From Candidatus Multivoradales bacterium (GTDB taxonomy: Bacteria > Acidobacteriota > Thermoanaerobaculia > Multivoradales > JAHEKO01), in assembly GCA_965223755.1 (NCBI GenBank), contig CBDCXF010000001.1:609688-673687 (forward strand): DNA of 64,000 bases, given 5' to 3'. Numbering within the stretch: the first letter of the stretch is position 1; each line of letters opens with the position of its first letter. A program made the position numbers and the translations under genes. The notes below the pieces were generated by a model, which saw only the letters and a program-made list of their open reading frames with translations, was not told the origin of the DNA and searched no databases. Positions 19,142-30,682 of this stretch are shown piece after piece.

Positions 19142-21835
19142 ATGATCAATCGCGCACTCACCAAAGTTTTTGGCAGCCAACACGAACGGGATATCAAGAG
19201 GATGCAGCCGACGGTGGCTGCAATCAACGACCTGGAGCCCGAGATTCAGGCTTTGAGCAATGAGCAACTGCGTGCCAAAACCGATGAGTTTCGCGGCCGG
19301 TTGGCGGACGGTGAATCGCTCGAAGACCTGCTGATTGAAGCGTTCGCGGTGGTCCGTGAAGCGGCCTGGCGCACGGTACAGATGCGCCACTACGACGTGC
19401 AGTTGATCGGCGGCATCGTCTTGCACCAGGGCCGCATCGCGGAAATGAAGACCGGTGAGGGTAAGACTCTGGTCGCCACCCTGGCGGTCTATCTGAACGC
19501 TCTGGCAGGCAAGGGGGTCCACGTCGTCACCGTCAACGACTACCTCGCGAGGCGCGACGCCGAGTGGATGGGCAAGATCTACAACTTTCTCGGCATGAAG
19601 GTGGGCATCATCCAACACGGACTCACCGACGAAGAACGCCGCGACGCCTACAACGCCGACATTACCTACGCCACCAACAATGAATTGGGCTTCGACTACC
19701 TACGCGACAACATGAAACTCGAGTTGAGTTCGATGGTCCAACGCCCACACCACTACGCCATCGTCGACGAGGTGGACTCGATCCTCATCGACGAAGCTCG
19801 GACCCCGCTGATCATTTCCGGACCGTCCGAGGAATCCGTCGACAAGTACTACTCGCTCGATCGTGTGATTCCGAAACTGCAGCGCGGCGAAGAGATCGAG
19901 GAGGACGATCGCAAGTACACCACCGGCGACTTCCTTATCGACGAGAAGGCCAAGACGGTCACCCTCACCGAAGAAGGTGTAGCCAAGGTCGAAAAGATCC
20001 TTAGTCTGGAGAACCTCTACGACATCCAGAACATGGAGATTCTCCACGGCATCAACCAGGGTCTCCGCGCCCATCACCTGTTCAAGCGCGATGTCGACTA
20101 CCTCATGAAGGACGGCCAAGTGGTTATCGTCGATGAATTCACTGGTCGCATGATGCCGGGTCGGCGCTGGTCGGATGGATTGCACCAGGCGATCGAAGCC
20201 AAGGAGGGGGTGCGCATCGAGCGTGAGAACCAGACTCTGGCGACGATCACCTTTCAGAACTACTTCCGCATGTACGACAAGTTGGCGGGGATGACCGGTA
20301 CGGCCGAGACCGAGGCCACCGAGTTCGGCGAAATCTACGAACTCGACGTCACGGTGATCCCGACCAACAAGCCGATGATCCGAGCCGATCAACGCGACGT
20401 CGTTTTTCGCACCGCCAACGAAAAATGGAACGCGGTGGTCGAGGACATTCAAGAAAAACATGAGATCGGACAACCGGTCCTGGTCGGCACCGCTTCGATC
20501 GAGACCAGTGAGGGGCTGGCCAAACGACTCAAGGCCAAGAAGATCCCGCACGTGGTCCTCAACGCCAAGTACCACGGCAAGGAAGCCGCCATCGTTGCCC
20601 AGGCAGGGCGTAAAGGGTCGGTCACCATCGCCACCAACATGGCGGGGCGCGGGACCGACATCGTGCTCGGCGGCAACCCGGAAGGCCTTGCAGCCGCGAC
20701 CGCCAATCCCGCTGAAGACCAGGACGGCTACGAACAGGCCTTGGCTCGCTACGGCGAAGAATGCAGCGCTGAGCGCCAACAGGTCCTCGACGCCGGCGGT
20801 CTCTACATCTTGGGTACCGAACGCCACGAGTCCAGGCGCGTCGACAACCAGTTGCGGGGCCGTTCCGGGCGCCAAGGCGACCCTGGGGAGTCGCGCTTCT
20901 ATCTCTCGCTCGAAGACGATCTGATGCGCATCTTCGCCTCCGACCGCGTCACTGCCTGGATGGGCAAGCTGGGCATGGAAGAAGGCGAAGCGATCGAGGC
21001 GGGGATGGTGACTCGGGCGATCGAGCGCGCACAGACTCAGGTTGAAGGCCGCAACTTCGAAATCCGCAAGCATCTCCTCGAGTACGACGACGTCATGAAC
21101 AAGCAGCGCGAGGCGATCTATCAGCTTCGCCGCGAGATCCTGGAGGGGGAGGAAGAACGCAACTACGTCGACCGCGTCACCGAAGACATCATCGACTTCA
21201 TGCTGGAGAATCACTGCCACGCCGACCAGCCGGCGCAAGAATGGGATCTCAACGGACTGTCGACCGACTACCTCACCTACTTTGACATCGCCATGCAAGA
21301 CCAGCCGGACGAGTGGCGGTCGCTAGGCCTCGACGAACTGCGCCAGCAGCTTCTCCACTACTGCGGTCAGAAATACGACGAGAAGGAAGGCAAACACGGA
21401 GCCGAGGCGATGCGGGGTCTTGAACGGCGGCTGATGCTGAGCGTCGTCGACCGCAGTTGGAAGGATCATCTCCTCGCTCTGGACCACCTCAAGGAAGGAA
21501 TCGGCCTGCGAGCCCACGGCCAGCGCAATCCTCTGCAGGAGTACAAGAAGGAGAGCTTCGACATGTTTCAGGCTCTCAAAGATCGCGTCGAGGACGAGAT
21601 CATCAAGAATGTCTACCGCGCCGAGCCGATCAGTCCGGAGGAACTGGCCGAACGCCTCCGCCAGGCTCAGCGCGAGCGTATGCGGCGCATTTCGATCCCC
21701 TCGCCCACCGCCAGCAGGACACCCCAGACGGTGGTGCGCGAAGGCAAAAAGGTCGGTCGCAACGATCCGTGCCCTTGCGGTTCCGGGAAAAAATACAAAA
21801 AGTGCCACGGCGCCGCGCAAGCGGTTAGCAACTGA
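19142..21835 (+). CDS. secA: Preprotein translocase ATPase SecA.
   Basis: 897 aa with full-length SecA architecture. C-terminal zinc finger [14 protein letters not shown]. Confidence 0.95.
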   Translation: MINRALTKVFGSQHERDIKRMQPTVAAINDLEPEIQALSNEQLRAKTDEFRGRLADGESLEDLLIEAFAVVREAAWRTVQMRHYDVQLIGGIVLHQGRIAEMKTGEGKTLVATLAVYLNALAGKGVHVVTVNDYLARRDAEWMGKIYNFLGMKVGIIQHGLTDEERRDAYNADITYATNNELGFDYLRDNMKLELSSMVQRPHHYAIVDEVDSILIDEARTPLIISGPSEESVDKYYSLDRVIPKLQRGEEIEEDDRKYTTGDFLIDEKAKTVTLTEEGVAKVEKILSLENLYDIQNMEILHGINQGLRAHHLFKRDVDYLMKDGQVVIVDEFTGRMMPGRRWSDGLHQAIEAKEGVRIERENQTLATITFQNYFRMYDKLAGMTGTAETEATEFGEIYELDVTVIPTNKPMIRADQRDVVFRTANEKWNAVVEDIQEKHEIGQPVLVGTASIETSEGLAKRLKAKKIPHVVLNAKYHGKEAAIVAQAGRKGSVTIATNMAGRGTDIVLGGNPEGLAAATANPAEDQDGYEQALARYGEECSAERQQVLDAGGLYILGTERHESRRVDNQLRGRSGRQGDPGESRFYLSLEDDLMRIFASDRVTAWMGKLGMEEGEAIEAGMVTRAIERAQTQVEGRNFEIRKHLLEYDDVMNKQREAIYQLRREILEGEEERNYVDRVTEDIIDFMLENHCHADQPAQEWDLNGLSTDYLTYFDIAMQDQPDEWRSLGLDELRQQLLHYCGQKYDEKEGKHGAEAMRGLERRLMLSVVDRSWKDHLLALDHLKEGIGLRAHGQRNPLQEYKKESFDMFQALKDRVEDEIIKNVYRAEPISPEELAERLRQAQRERMRRISIPSPTASRTPQTVVREGKKVGRNDPCPCGSGKKYKKCHGAAQAVSN

Positions 21836-21920
21836 ACGCGCGCTCCGTTGTCAATCTGCGATTTCCGTGGTTTGCCTAGTCAGGCGAATCGGCTAGTTGA
21901 CTATAGTAGTTGTGCTGTAG

Positions 21921-22685
21921 ATGACGGACACGCACAAGTCAGACCACGCACCCTTTAAGGAACTTTTGGCCACTGCCGAACTGGCGGGCGCTCTCCTTGA
22001 TCGTCTAGGGATTTGGTTCAACGTCGTCGACACCGACCTCAAGATTAGGCTTTGGAACCGGACCGCCGAGAGGCTGTCGGGTTATCGCGCCGACGAAGTG
22101 ATCGGGCATCGCCGAGTCTGGGCATGGTGCTATCCAGATCCTGAATACCGCCGCTCCATCGCCGCGAAGGCTCAGCATATTGTCCAAACCCGTGAAGGTG
22201 TGGATCGCTTCCAGAACGTCATTCATTGCCGAAACGGAGACGAGCGTTGCATGTCGTGGCACGGAAGCCCTTTCGTCAACAATGACGGTAATGTGCTTGG
22301 GGTCCTGTCGCTCGGATATGACGTGACCGAGTACGAGCAGACCCATCACCGCCTTCGCCATCTGAACGAAGAGTTACTGGTTGCGATACGCAGAGTCTTC
22401 GACGGCAAGCCGCCACAGCCACTAGAAGCGGCCGTCCAGCCCGCTGTCAGGCATTCCGTATCGACTCCAAACGCCGGCCTTCTGACGAAACGCGAGAACG
22501 AAGTCCTTGTGCACATAGCCGAGGGATTGTCCAACTCTGCGATCGCCAGCCAACTCGGTGTCAGTGACCGTACAATTCGCTGCCACGTCAGTTCCATTCT
22601 GACCAAATTGCGCCTCAACAATCGCACACAAGCCGCGCTCTACGCCGTGCGTAATGGGCTCGTCAGGCTCGTACCAGAAGACTAA
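21921..22685 (+). CDS. PAS-sensor LuxR-family (HTH) transcriptional regulator.
   Basis: N-terminal PAS region (VVDTDLKIRLWNRTAERLSGYRADEVIGH...). The C-terminal GerE/LuxR helix-turn-helix reads ENEVLVHIAEGLSNSAIASQLGVSDRTIRCHVSSILTKL. Confidence 0.75.
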   Translation: MTDTHKSDHAPFKELLATAELAGALLDRLGIWFNVVDTDLKIRLWNRTAERLSGYRADEVIGHRRVWAWCYPDPEYRRSIAAKAQHIVQTREGVDRFQNVIHCRNGDERCMSWHGSPFVNNDGNVLGVLSLGYDVTEYEQTHHRLRHLNEELLVAIRRVFDGKPPQPLEAAVQPAVRHSVSTPNAGLLTKRENEVLVHIAEGLSNSAIASQLGVSDRTIRCHVSSILTKLRLNNRTQAALYAVRNGLVRLVPED

Positions 22686-22805
22686 TCTAGTACTTTTGTC
22701 ATAGGTTCTCCTTCCTTCGGCCGATGCGAAGGCTTGTTCATTCCGCGAGGCTGCTGCTTGAGCGTGTTGGTGCGCGCCACGATTCAAACGTGAAGGAGGC
22801 TGCCA

Positions 22806-24926
22806 ATGATCGTTGTTCGTTCTCGAATCACAAATTCGACGTTCCTATTGATCGGGATCCTGCTACTCCACTTGCCGCTGATTGCGCAAGAGGCCGAGGA
22901 CCAATCCGCGACCGAAGGCGAGCAGAAGGAGGTCATCCTCGACGAGATTTTCGTTTCGGCGCAAAAGCGCGAAGAAAACCTGCAAGAAGTCCCGATCGCC
23001 ATCGCAGCCTTCTCCGACATCCAGATTGAAGAGGCCGGAATTGAATCCCCGGAAGATCTTCTCGGGATGACATCCAATATCACCATCGGCAACTCGTTCA
23101 CGGTAGGCAATAGCTTCATCACCGTCCGTGGAATCAGTCAGATCAACAACTCCGATCCGCCCATCGCAGTGGTGGTTGACGGTGTCTACCAAGCCAATCA
23201 AAAGCAACTCAACCAAGAGCTATTTGATGTCGAGCGCATCGAGGTACTGAAAGGGCCGCAGGGATCCATCTACGGCCGTAACTCACTCGGCGGCGCTATC
23301 AACATCGTAACCAAACAAGCCGGGATTGACTTTGGCGGTTGGTTGAAAGCGGGAATCAGCAGTGGCAATGGCACGCGGATAGCCGGTTCTGCGGGAGGCC
23401 CATTGGGCTCCAACGCCCGCCTACGTGCGGCCGCCTCCCATCGCCAGAGTGACGGCCGTATCCGCAACGTGTTCCTCAACCAACTTGCCGATCCCTACGA
23501 AGACACCACCGCCCGAGCGCGCTTTGATTTTTCCCTCAGTGACTCCCTATCACTCGATCTCCGGCTCCAGACCGCCGAGACCAACGGCGGCGCGGTTCTA
23601 TATTCAGTCTTACCCACCAACGGTGGCACGCAGAGGTTCGACATCCGCCCCGATGAAAACATCCTGGGTTTCTCCGAACGCGAAGGGGACGACTACTCCC
23701 TCAAATTCGACTATGTTGGAGACGGTTGGACGCTGGCCTCAATTAGTGCTTCCACCGATTTACAGGAAACCTACCGCGGCGATCTGGATTTTTCCAATGC
23801 GACCCGCTTTCCCGGGGCTTTTCCACTCGGACAAGGCCAAGACCTGGATGTCTCCTATTTCAGTCAGGAGATCCGCGTCGCATCCGCAGACGACGCCAAG
23901 ATTCGCTGGCTTGCCGGTGCCTATTATTTGAGCACCGATCGCGCGCTGACCACGATTCCTTTCCTTGACCTCGATGGCACTATTGCTGGCTTCGTTCCCC
24001 TATTTTTTATCGGCGAAGACAACGACAACACTGCCTACGCCGCGTTCGGTCAAGTTGACTTTCACACCGGCGACCATTGGTCGGCTAGTGTTGGACTGCG
24101 CTACGACAAGGATGAACGGGGCCAGACCGACACCATCAACGGTGGCCGAAGGTCACGCTCGTTCGACGATGTCCAACCCAGACTGACCGTCAGTTACAGC
24201 AAAGATCCTGACTGGATGTTCTACGGAGCCCTGGCGCGCGGCTTCCGATCCGGTGGTTACAACGCGCCTCCCATTAACCCCGACTTTTTTCGCAAAGAAA
24301 CCACCAACAACCTTGAGGTCGGCTTCAAATCGACCCTCGCCGACAATCGCGTGCGCTTCAATGGCGCGGCGTACCTTACCCAAGTCGATGACTTCCAATA
24401 CTTCCGCATTGACGTTGCCACCGCGTCGCAGATCATCGACAACATCAACGATGTTGAAATGATGGGGATCGAACTCGACCTTCTCGCTCGAATCAGCCAG
24501 GGTCTCGATCTCTTTGCCTCGGTGGGGGTCAATGATGCCTCGATCGAAGACTTCGACGGCAGTGGCCGCTTCCGCGGCAACCAAACGCCCAACAACGTCA
24601 AATCGAGTTTGAATCTCGGCGCACAATACTCCATTCCCATAGACGAGAAACTCCTCCTGTCGCTGCACGGTAATGCTGAACTGCGTGGCAAGCAGTATTG
24701 GTTCGCTGACAACCTGGATGTTAGTGACAGTGCAACGTTCCTCAATTTGAGGGCCAGTCTTGAGGGTAAGCGTTGGAGCATCACCGCTTGGGGAAAAAAC
24801 GTCACCGACGAGGAGTTTTGGGCCGAATACTTTGATGCTACTTGGGGCGGAATTCCTTCGGGCATGGACCTCGGGCACTTGGGTCGCCGATCGGCCGCCG
24901 GGGTCGATGTGAATTTCAAGTTCTAA
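22806..24926 (+). CDS. TonB-dependent outer-membrane receptor.
   Basis: Signal peptide. TonB-box/plug region VILDEIFVSAQKREENLQEVP. The 22-strand barrel ends with a terminal aromatic residue (...VDVNFKF). A GAAGGAGG SD lies upstream. Confidence 0.8.
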   Translation: MIVVRSRITNSTFLLIGILLLHLPLIAQEAEDQSATEGEQKEVILDEIFVSAQKREENLQEVPIAIAAFSDIQIEEAGIESPEDLLGMTSNITIGNSFTVGNSFITVRGISQINNSDPPIAVVVDGVYQANQKQLNQELFDVERIEVLKGPQGSIYGRNSLGGAINIVTKQAGIDFGGWLKAGISSGNGTRIAGSAGGPLGSNARLRAAASHRQSDGRIRNVFLNQLADPYEDTTARARFDFSLSDSLSLDLRLQTAETNGGAVLYSVLPTNGGTQRFDIRPDENILGFSEREGDDYSLKFDYVGDGWTLASISASTDLQETYRGDLDFSNATRFPGAFPLGQGQDLDVSYFSQEIRVASADDAKIRWLAGAYYLSTDRALTTIPFLDLDGTIAGFVPLFFIGEDNDNTAYAAFGQVDFHTGDHWSASVGLRYDKDERGQTDTINGGRRSRSFDDVQPRLTVSYSKDPDWMFYGALARGFRSGGYNAPPINPDFFRKETTNNLEVGFKSTLADNRVRFNGAAYLTQVDDFQYFRIDVATASQIIDNINDVEMMGIELDLLARISQGLDLFASVGVNDASIEDFDGSGRFRGNQTPNNVKSSLNLGAQYSIPIDEKLLLSLHGNAELRGKQYWFADNLDVSDSATFLNLRASLEGKRWSITAWGKNVTDEEFWAEYFDATWGGIPSGMDLGHLGRRSAAGVDVNFKF

Positions 24927-24934
24927 GGAGCGAG

Positions 24935-26986
24935 ATGTCCGAAAAGCGCTTGGCCGTCGATGTTGGCGGTACGTTTACTGACCTCGTTCTGCTCGATGAA
25001 GCTACGGGCGAAGTGTCAATCGAGAAAGAACCGTCGCAGATCGGCGAGATCGCGGACCACTTGTTCGCCGGCCTCAGCAGACTCGGGGTTTCGGCGGCAG
25101 AACTGAGCATGATCCTCCACGGCTCAACCGTTGCCATCAATACGATTCTTCAGGAGTGCGGCGCGCGGGTTGGAATCCTGACGACCCAGGGCTTTCGCGA
25201 CGTCCTCGAATTGGGTCGTGGCAATCGTCCGCAGGTGTACAACCTTCTCTACAAACCTCCGCCACCTTTGGTCGAACGATACTTACGTTTCGAAGTTGCG
25301 GAGCGCATGAGCCACCACGGCGAAATCTTGATTCCTTTGGACGAGGCTGGGACGCGTGGTGCGATCGAGCGCCTCAAGGAACTCGACGTACAGGGGATCG
25401 CCATCTGTTTCCTACATTCCTACGCCAATCCCGAACATGAGATCCGCGCCAAGGAAATCGTTAACGAGATGTTCCCCGAAATGGAAGTTTCCATCTCCTC
25501 GGAGATTACCGGCGAGTGGCGCGAGTTCGAACGCACATCGACGGTTGCCCTTAACACCTACGTGCTGCCGCGGATGAAGTCCTATGTTGGAGGATTAGAG
25601 GAAAAGACGAAGAAAGCTGGATTCGATGGCTCCCTCAACATTATCCAGTCCACCGGGGGCATGCTCACCGCAGCCGAAAGTCTGTCGCGTCCGATTCGCA
25701 CCTTAGAGTCCGGCCCCGCGGGCGGAATGATCGGAGCCGTGTCATTGGGCGGCCTAATCGAAGTCGACAACCTAATCGCGGCCGACGTTGGAGGCACCAG
25801 TTTCGATGTCGGTCTGGTACTCGACGGACGCCCACTTGAGGAATCCAAGACAGCGGTCAATGGACGCCCTATTCTGGTACCGACGATTGACATCGTGTCG
25901 GTGGGATCTGGGGGTGGGAGCATCGCATGGATCGATCCTTCTGGCGCTTTTCGCGTCGGCCCCATGTCGGCAGAAGCGAACCCCGGCCCGGTGTGTTTTG
26001 GGCGAGGCGGAACAGAACCTACGGTGACCGATGCACACGTCGTTCTCGGTCGCATTAACCCCGAGAATTTTTTTGGGCAGCGCATGGAGCTGGATACCGA
26101 GGCGGCCAGAGCCGCGATCCAGGCGAAGATCGCGACACCGTTATCACTTAGCCTGGAAGAAGCCGCGTTGGGTATCACGCGCTTGGCCGACACCAGCATG
26201 ATCAACGCGATCCGACGGATCACCATCGAAAGAGGACATGACCCGCGGGACCTACCCCTGCTTTGCTATGGCGGCGGTGGTGGTCTTTTCGCCGCAGCGA
26301 TCGCGCGCGATCTCGGCATCGGCCGAGCCATCGTTCCCATCAACCCTGCAGTGTTCTCTGCTTGGGGGATTTTGAATTCTGACTACCGCGAAGATCTGGT
26401 AATCACACGAGTAACGCCCACGGCAGACCTGGGTGCTGACTTTTTGACTAACCGTTTTGAGCACTTGAGCACCGATTGCCGGGAAAAGCTGGCCAAGTCG
26501 GGGGTACGCGCTGAGGATGCGCGCATCTTGAGGTTCGTCGAGATGCGCTACGAGGGCCAGGAGCACACGGTACGCGTGCCGATCACCGGCGACGACCTCA
26601 ATCGTGGAGCACAAGAAGGAGGCCTGGTTGCCCGCTTCGAAACCCTCCATGAACGCGCTTACGGCCATGCGACCCCAGGCCATCCGACCGAAGTCGTCAA
26701 CTTCCGAGTGACGGCCGTGGCTGGCGTCACCAAACCCAATCTGCCGAAAACGCCGCGTGGCGACGGCCGGGGCTCGGCCGCGAAGAGAGGCGAGCGATCC
26801 GTTTACTTCGACGGCACGGCTTGGACCACGACTCATATCTTTGACCGCACCCAGCTCGGCAACGGGGACCGCATCACCGGCCCCGCCATCGTCGAGGAAT
26901 GGAACTCAACGACCGTCGTCCTCCCTGGGCAGGTCTTGGACGTCGATCGTTTTGGCAATCTCAACATTCGGGGAGACCAATCGTAA
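24935..26986 (+). CDS. hyuA: Hydantoinase/oxoprolinase family A subunit (HyuA-like, ATP-dependent). Start re-placed; the ORF track begins at 24842.
   Basis: MSEKRLAVDVGGTFTDLVLLDE is the canonical HyuA N-terminus. A GGAG SD lies 5 nt after the receptor stop codon. About 683 aa. Confidence 0.8.
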   Translation: MSEKRLAVDVGGTFTDLVLLDEATGEVSIEKEPSQIGEIADHLFAGLSRLGVSAAELSMILHGSTVAINTILQECGARVGILTTQGFRDVLELGRGNRPQVYNLLYKPPPPLVERYLRFEVAERMSHHGEILIPLDEAGTRGAIERLKELDVQGIAICFLHSYANPEHEIRAKEIVNEMFPEMEVSISSEITGEWREFERTSTVALNTYVLPRMKSYVGGLEEKTKKAGFDGSLNIIQSTGGMLTAAESLSRPIRTLESGPAGGMIGAVSLGGLIEVDNLIAADVGGTSFDVGLVLDGRPLEESKTAVNGRPILVPTIDIVSVGSGGGSIAWIDPSGAFRVGPMSAEANPGPVCFGRGGTEPTVTDAHVVLGRINPENFFGQRMELDTEAARAAIQAKIATPLSLSLEEAALGITRLADTSMINAIRRITIERGHDPRDLPLLCYGGGGGLFAAAIARDLGIGRAIVPINPAVFSAWGILNSDYREDLVITRVTPTADLGADFLTNRFEHLSTDCREKLAKSGVRAEDARILRFVEMRYEGQEHTVRVPITGDDLNRGAQEGGLVARFETLHERAYGHATPGHPTEVVNFRVTAVAGVTKPNLPKTPRGDGRGSAAKRGERSVYFDGTAWTTTHIFDRTQLGNGDRITGPAIVEEWNSTTVVLPGQVLDVDRFGNLNIRGDQS

Positions 26987-28755
26987 TGACCACAGGCGTT
27001 GCTCCGACAGATACTGCGGTCGATCCGATCACCACCCAGGTGATTCGAAGTGCCTTGGTTTCCGCGGCGGAGGAGATGCATGTCTCCATCGTCAAGACCG
27101 CCTACAACCCACTGATTTACGAAATCCAGGATTTCGCCGTGGCGTTGTTGACTCCGCAAGGCGAAATGCTGGCGCAAGGAGCGACGCTTCCGATCTTCCT
27201 CCCGTGCCTATCCCTGACCATTCGTAGTGGAGTCGAACGCATCGGGATCGATAATTTCAAGCCCGATGACGTCATCATCGCCAACGACCCCTACTCCACT
27301 GGGACCCATATCTCGGATACTTCCATCTACATGCCCATCTTCGTCGACGGCGAGCTGCAAGCATTCGCCGGAAGCACCGCACATTGGGCTGATATCGGCG
27401 GCAAAGTGCCCGGCGGCTGGTGTCCAGACTCGGTGGATGTGATCCAAGAAGGAATGCTCTTTGCTCACCTGAAGCTCTACGATGGTGGTGAGATCAACCA
27501 AGCCCTAGCCGACTACATCAATACCAACAATCGCTTTCCGGAGGTGGTCAGGGGCGACTTGGGTGCGCAGATCGCAGCAGCCAAGACCGGAGTGCGTCGA
27601 TACCAGGTGGTGTGTGAAAGATATGGAGCTGAAACCGTTCGTGAAGCAATGCATGTGGTGTTCGACCAGTCCGAAGCCCATGTCCGCCAGTTGATTCGTG
27701 ACATGCCCGATGGGGAGTGGTCGGCAGAGGCGATCATGGATCATGACGGCGTGGAGACAGACCGCCGGCGGCGCATCAAACTCACGGTGTGTATCGACGG
27801 AGACGGAATGGCGATGGATTTCACCGGCACCGACGAAACAGCGACCGGGCCGATCAACATCCCACTCACCGGTGCCAGGGCGTGTGCTGAGATCGCCTTC
27901 AAATCTGTCACTGTGCCGCATGAACCGGCCAACGAGGGGCACAGTCGGCCCCTCACCGTGACTTCGCCCGAGAACACCATTACCCATCCAGCGTGGCCGG
28001 CGCCCTGCGACTCCTATGGCTACGTCGGGCTTCTTGTCGTCGATCTCGTTTGTGAGACGCTGTCCAACGCCATTCCCGAGCGGTGCCCAGCCCACGAGTA
28101 CATGCTATTTGGCGCTTACTTTTCTCGCACCGATCCGCGCTACGGCAAGCCGTTCATTTGCGTCGATCCACTCGATGGTGGTGGTGGCGCGCTCCCCTTC
28201 GCAGACGGCGCAGATGCTTTGATCTTCCACGGTGACGGGGATGTTCCCAACATGCCTGCCGAAGTCTGTGAAAACCGATTCCCAATTCGCTTGGAAGAAT
28301 ACACGTTGCGTACAACCGACTACGGCGCGGGTCAATACCGCGGCGGGTTGGGCGTTATCCGTCGCTATCGTTTACTCGAAGACCACATCGTCATGCAGAT
28401 CGCCAATGAGCGCACGCAGGATCCGCCCTCCGGTCTCTTTGGTGGCGGTAGTGCCGGCATTAGCCGTGTTGTGGTTCGGCCGGGAACGGACAGCGAAGAA
28501 ATCCTCACCCAGAGGGTGTCCTTTTTCGGCCCCTTCGCGGCCGGTGATGAAATTCGTTGCGAATCGGCCGGCGGAGGCGGTTGGGGTGCCCCATTTGACC
28601 GCGATCCCGAGCTGGTTCTCAACGAGGTCCTGAACGAAATTCTCGACGCCGACGCGGCACGAGAGCTCTACGGAGTCGTTGTGGTGGGCGACGACTTTAA
28701 GAACCTGCGCGTAGATACTGAAGCGACTGCGGAGTTGCGCGCTACCTCGCACTAG
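26986..28755 (+). CDS. hyuB: Hydantoinase/oxoprolinase family B subunit (HyuB-like). Start re-placed; the ORF track begins at 26899.
   Basis: MTTGVAPTDTAVDPITTQVIRSALVSAAEEM is a typical HyuB N-terminus. Its ATG overlaps the hyuA TAA (TAATG), indicating translational coupling. Confidence 0.8.
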   Translation: MTTGVAPTDTAVDPITTQVIRSALVSAAEEMHVSIVKTAYNPLIYEIQDFAVALLTPQGEMLAQGATLPIFLPCLSLTIRSGVERIGIDNFKPDDVIIANDPYSTGTHISDTSIYMPIFVDGELQAFAGSTAHWADIGGKVPGGWCPDSVDVIQEGMLFAHLKLYDGGEINQALADYINTNNRFPEVVRGDLGAQIAAAKTGVRRYQVVCERYGAETVREAMHVVFDQSEAHVRQLIRDMPDGEWSAEAIMDHDGVETDRRRRIKLTVCIDGDGMAMDFTGTDETATGPINIPLTGARACAEIAFKSVTVPHEPANEGHSRPLTVTSPENTITHPAWPAPCDSYGYVGLLVVDLVCETLSNAIPERCPAHEYMLFGAYFSRTDPRYGKPFICVDPLDGGGGALPFADGADALIFHGDGDVPNMPAEVCENRFPIRLEEYTLRTTDYGAGQYRGGLGVIRRYRLLEDHIVMQIANERTQDPPSGLFGGGSAGISRVVVRPGTDSEEILTQRVSFFGPFAAGDEIRCESAGGGGWGAPFDRDPELVLNEVLNEILDADAARELYGVVVVGDDFKNLRVDTEATAELRATSH

Positions 28756-28848
28756 GCAAAATTCCAGCCTCGCGACCTCTGATAACCTCTTTCCCCACAC
28801 CGCAGGCGAATTCGGTCGCGTCAGCGGGTCGTATCACAGGGGAACAAC

Positions 28849-30324
<1,476 letters not shown>

Positions 30325-30482
30325 TTTCTACGAAGTCATGGCGACGGGCTCCTGCTGAAGCTCTAGGCGCTCCGCTTGCTTTGCCTTTCCGCAACGCGGT
30401 CAAGTCCCAGGTTGCATTGGCGAGGTCTTAGCAGGCTTTTCCAACCATAGCCCCTTTCAGCGATCCAACAGAGCGCAGCCGA

Positions 30483-30503
30483 TGTTGTCACTGAGTGACA
30501 ACA
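30483..30503. promoter_or_regulatory. Perfect 9-bp inverted repeat TGTTGTCAC-TGA-GTGACAACA in a 358-bp AT-richer intergenic region. Candidate operator, 180 nt upstream of the M4 protease gene.
   Basis: Read directly from the sequence. A 21-nt perfect palindrome is unlikely by chance in this context. Confidence 0.3.
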
Positions 30504-30682
30504 CAATTTGTAGAAATCTTGAATCGCGGGTTCTCTCAATAAGAACAATGAATTTCGTGATGTCCGAGTGTGGCAGATAAACTGTGGAGCGTTAGGAGAG
30601 TGAGTGAAGGCTAGGTTTGCCCGCGGCTGCCTAGTCGATTGATTGTTTTTGCCGTGATGGCTCTTTTGATTGGAGGGTGTAG

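Noticed and set aside
19700-21298. 532-aa minus-strand ORF.
   Set aside because: It is fully antisense to secA. It is Val/Asp/Leu-rich in a way typical of GC-rich antisense frames, and it has no SD.
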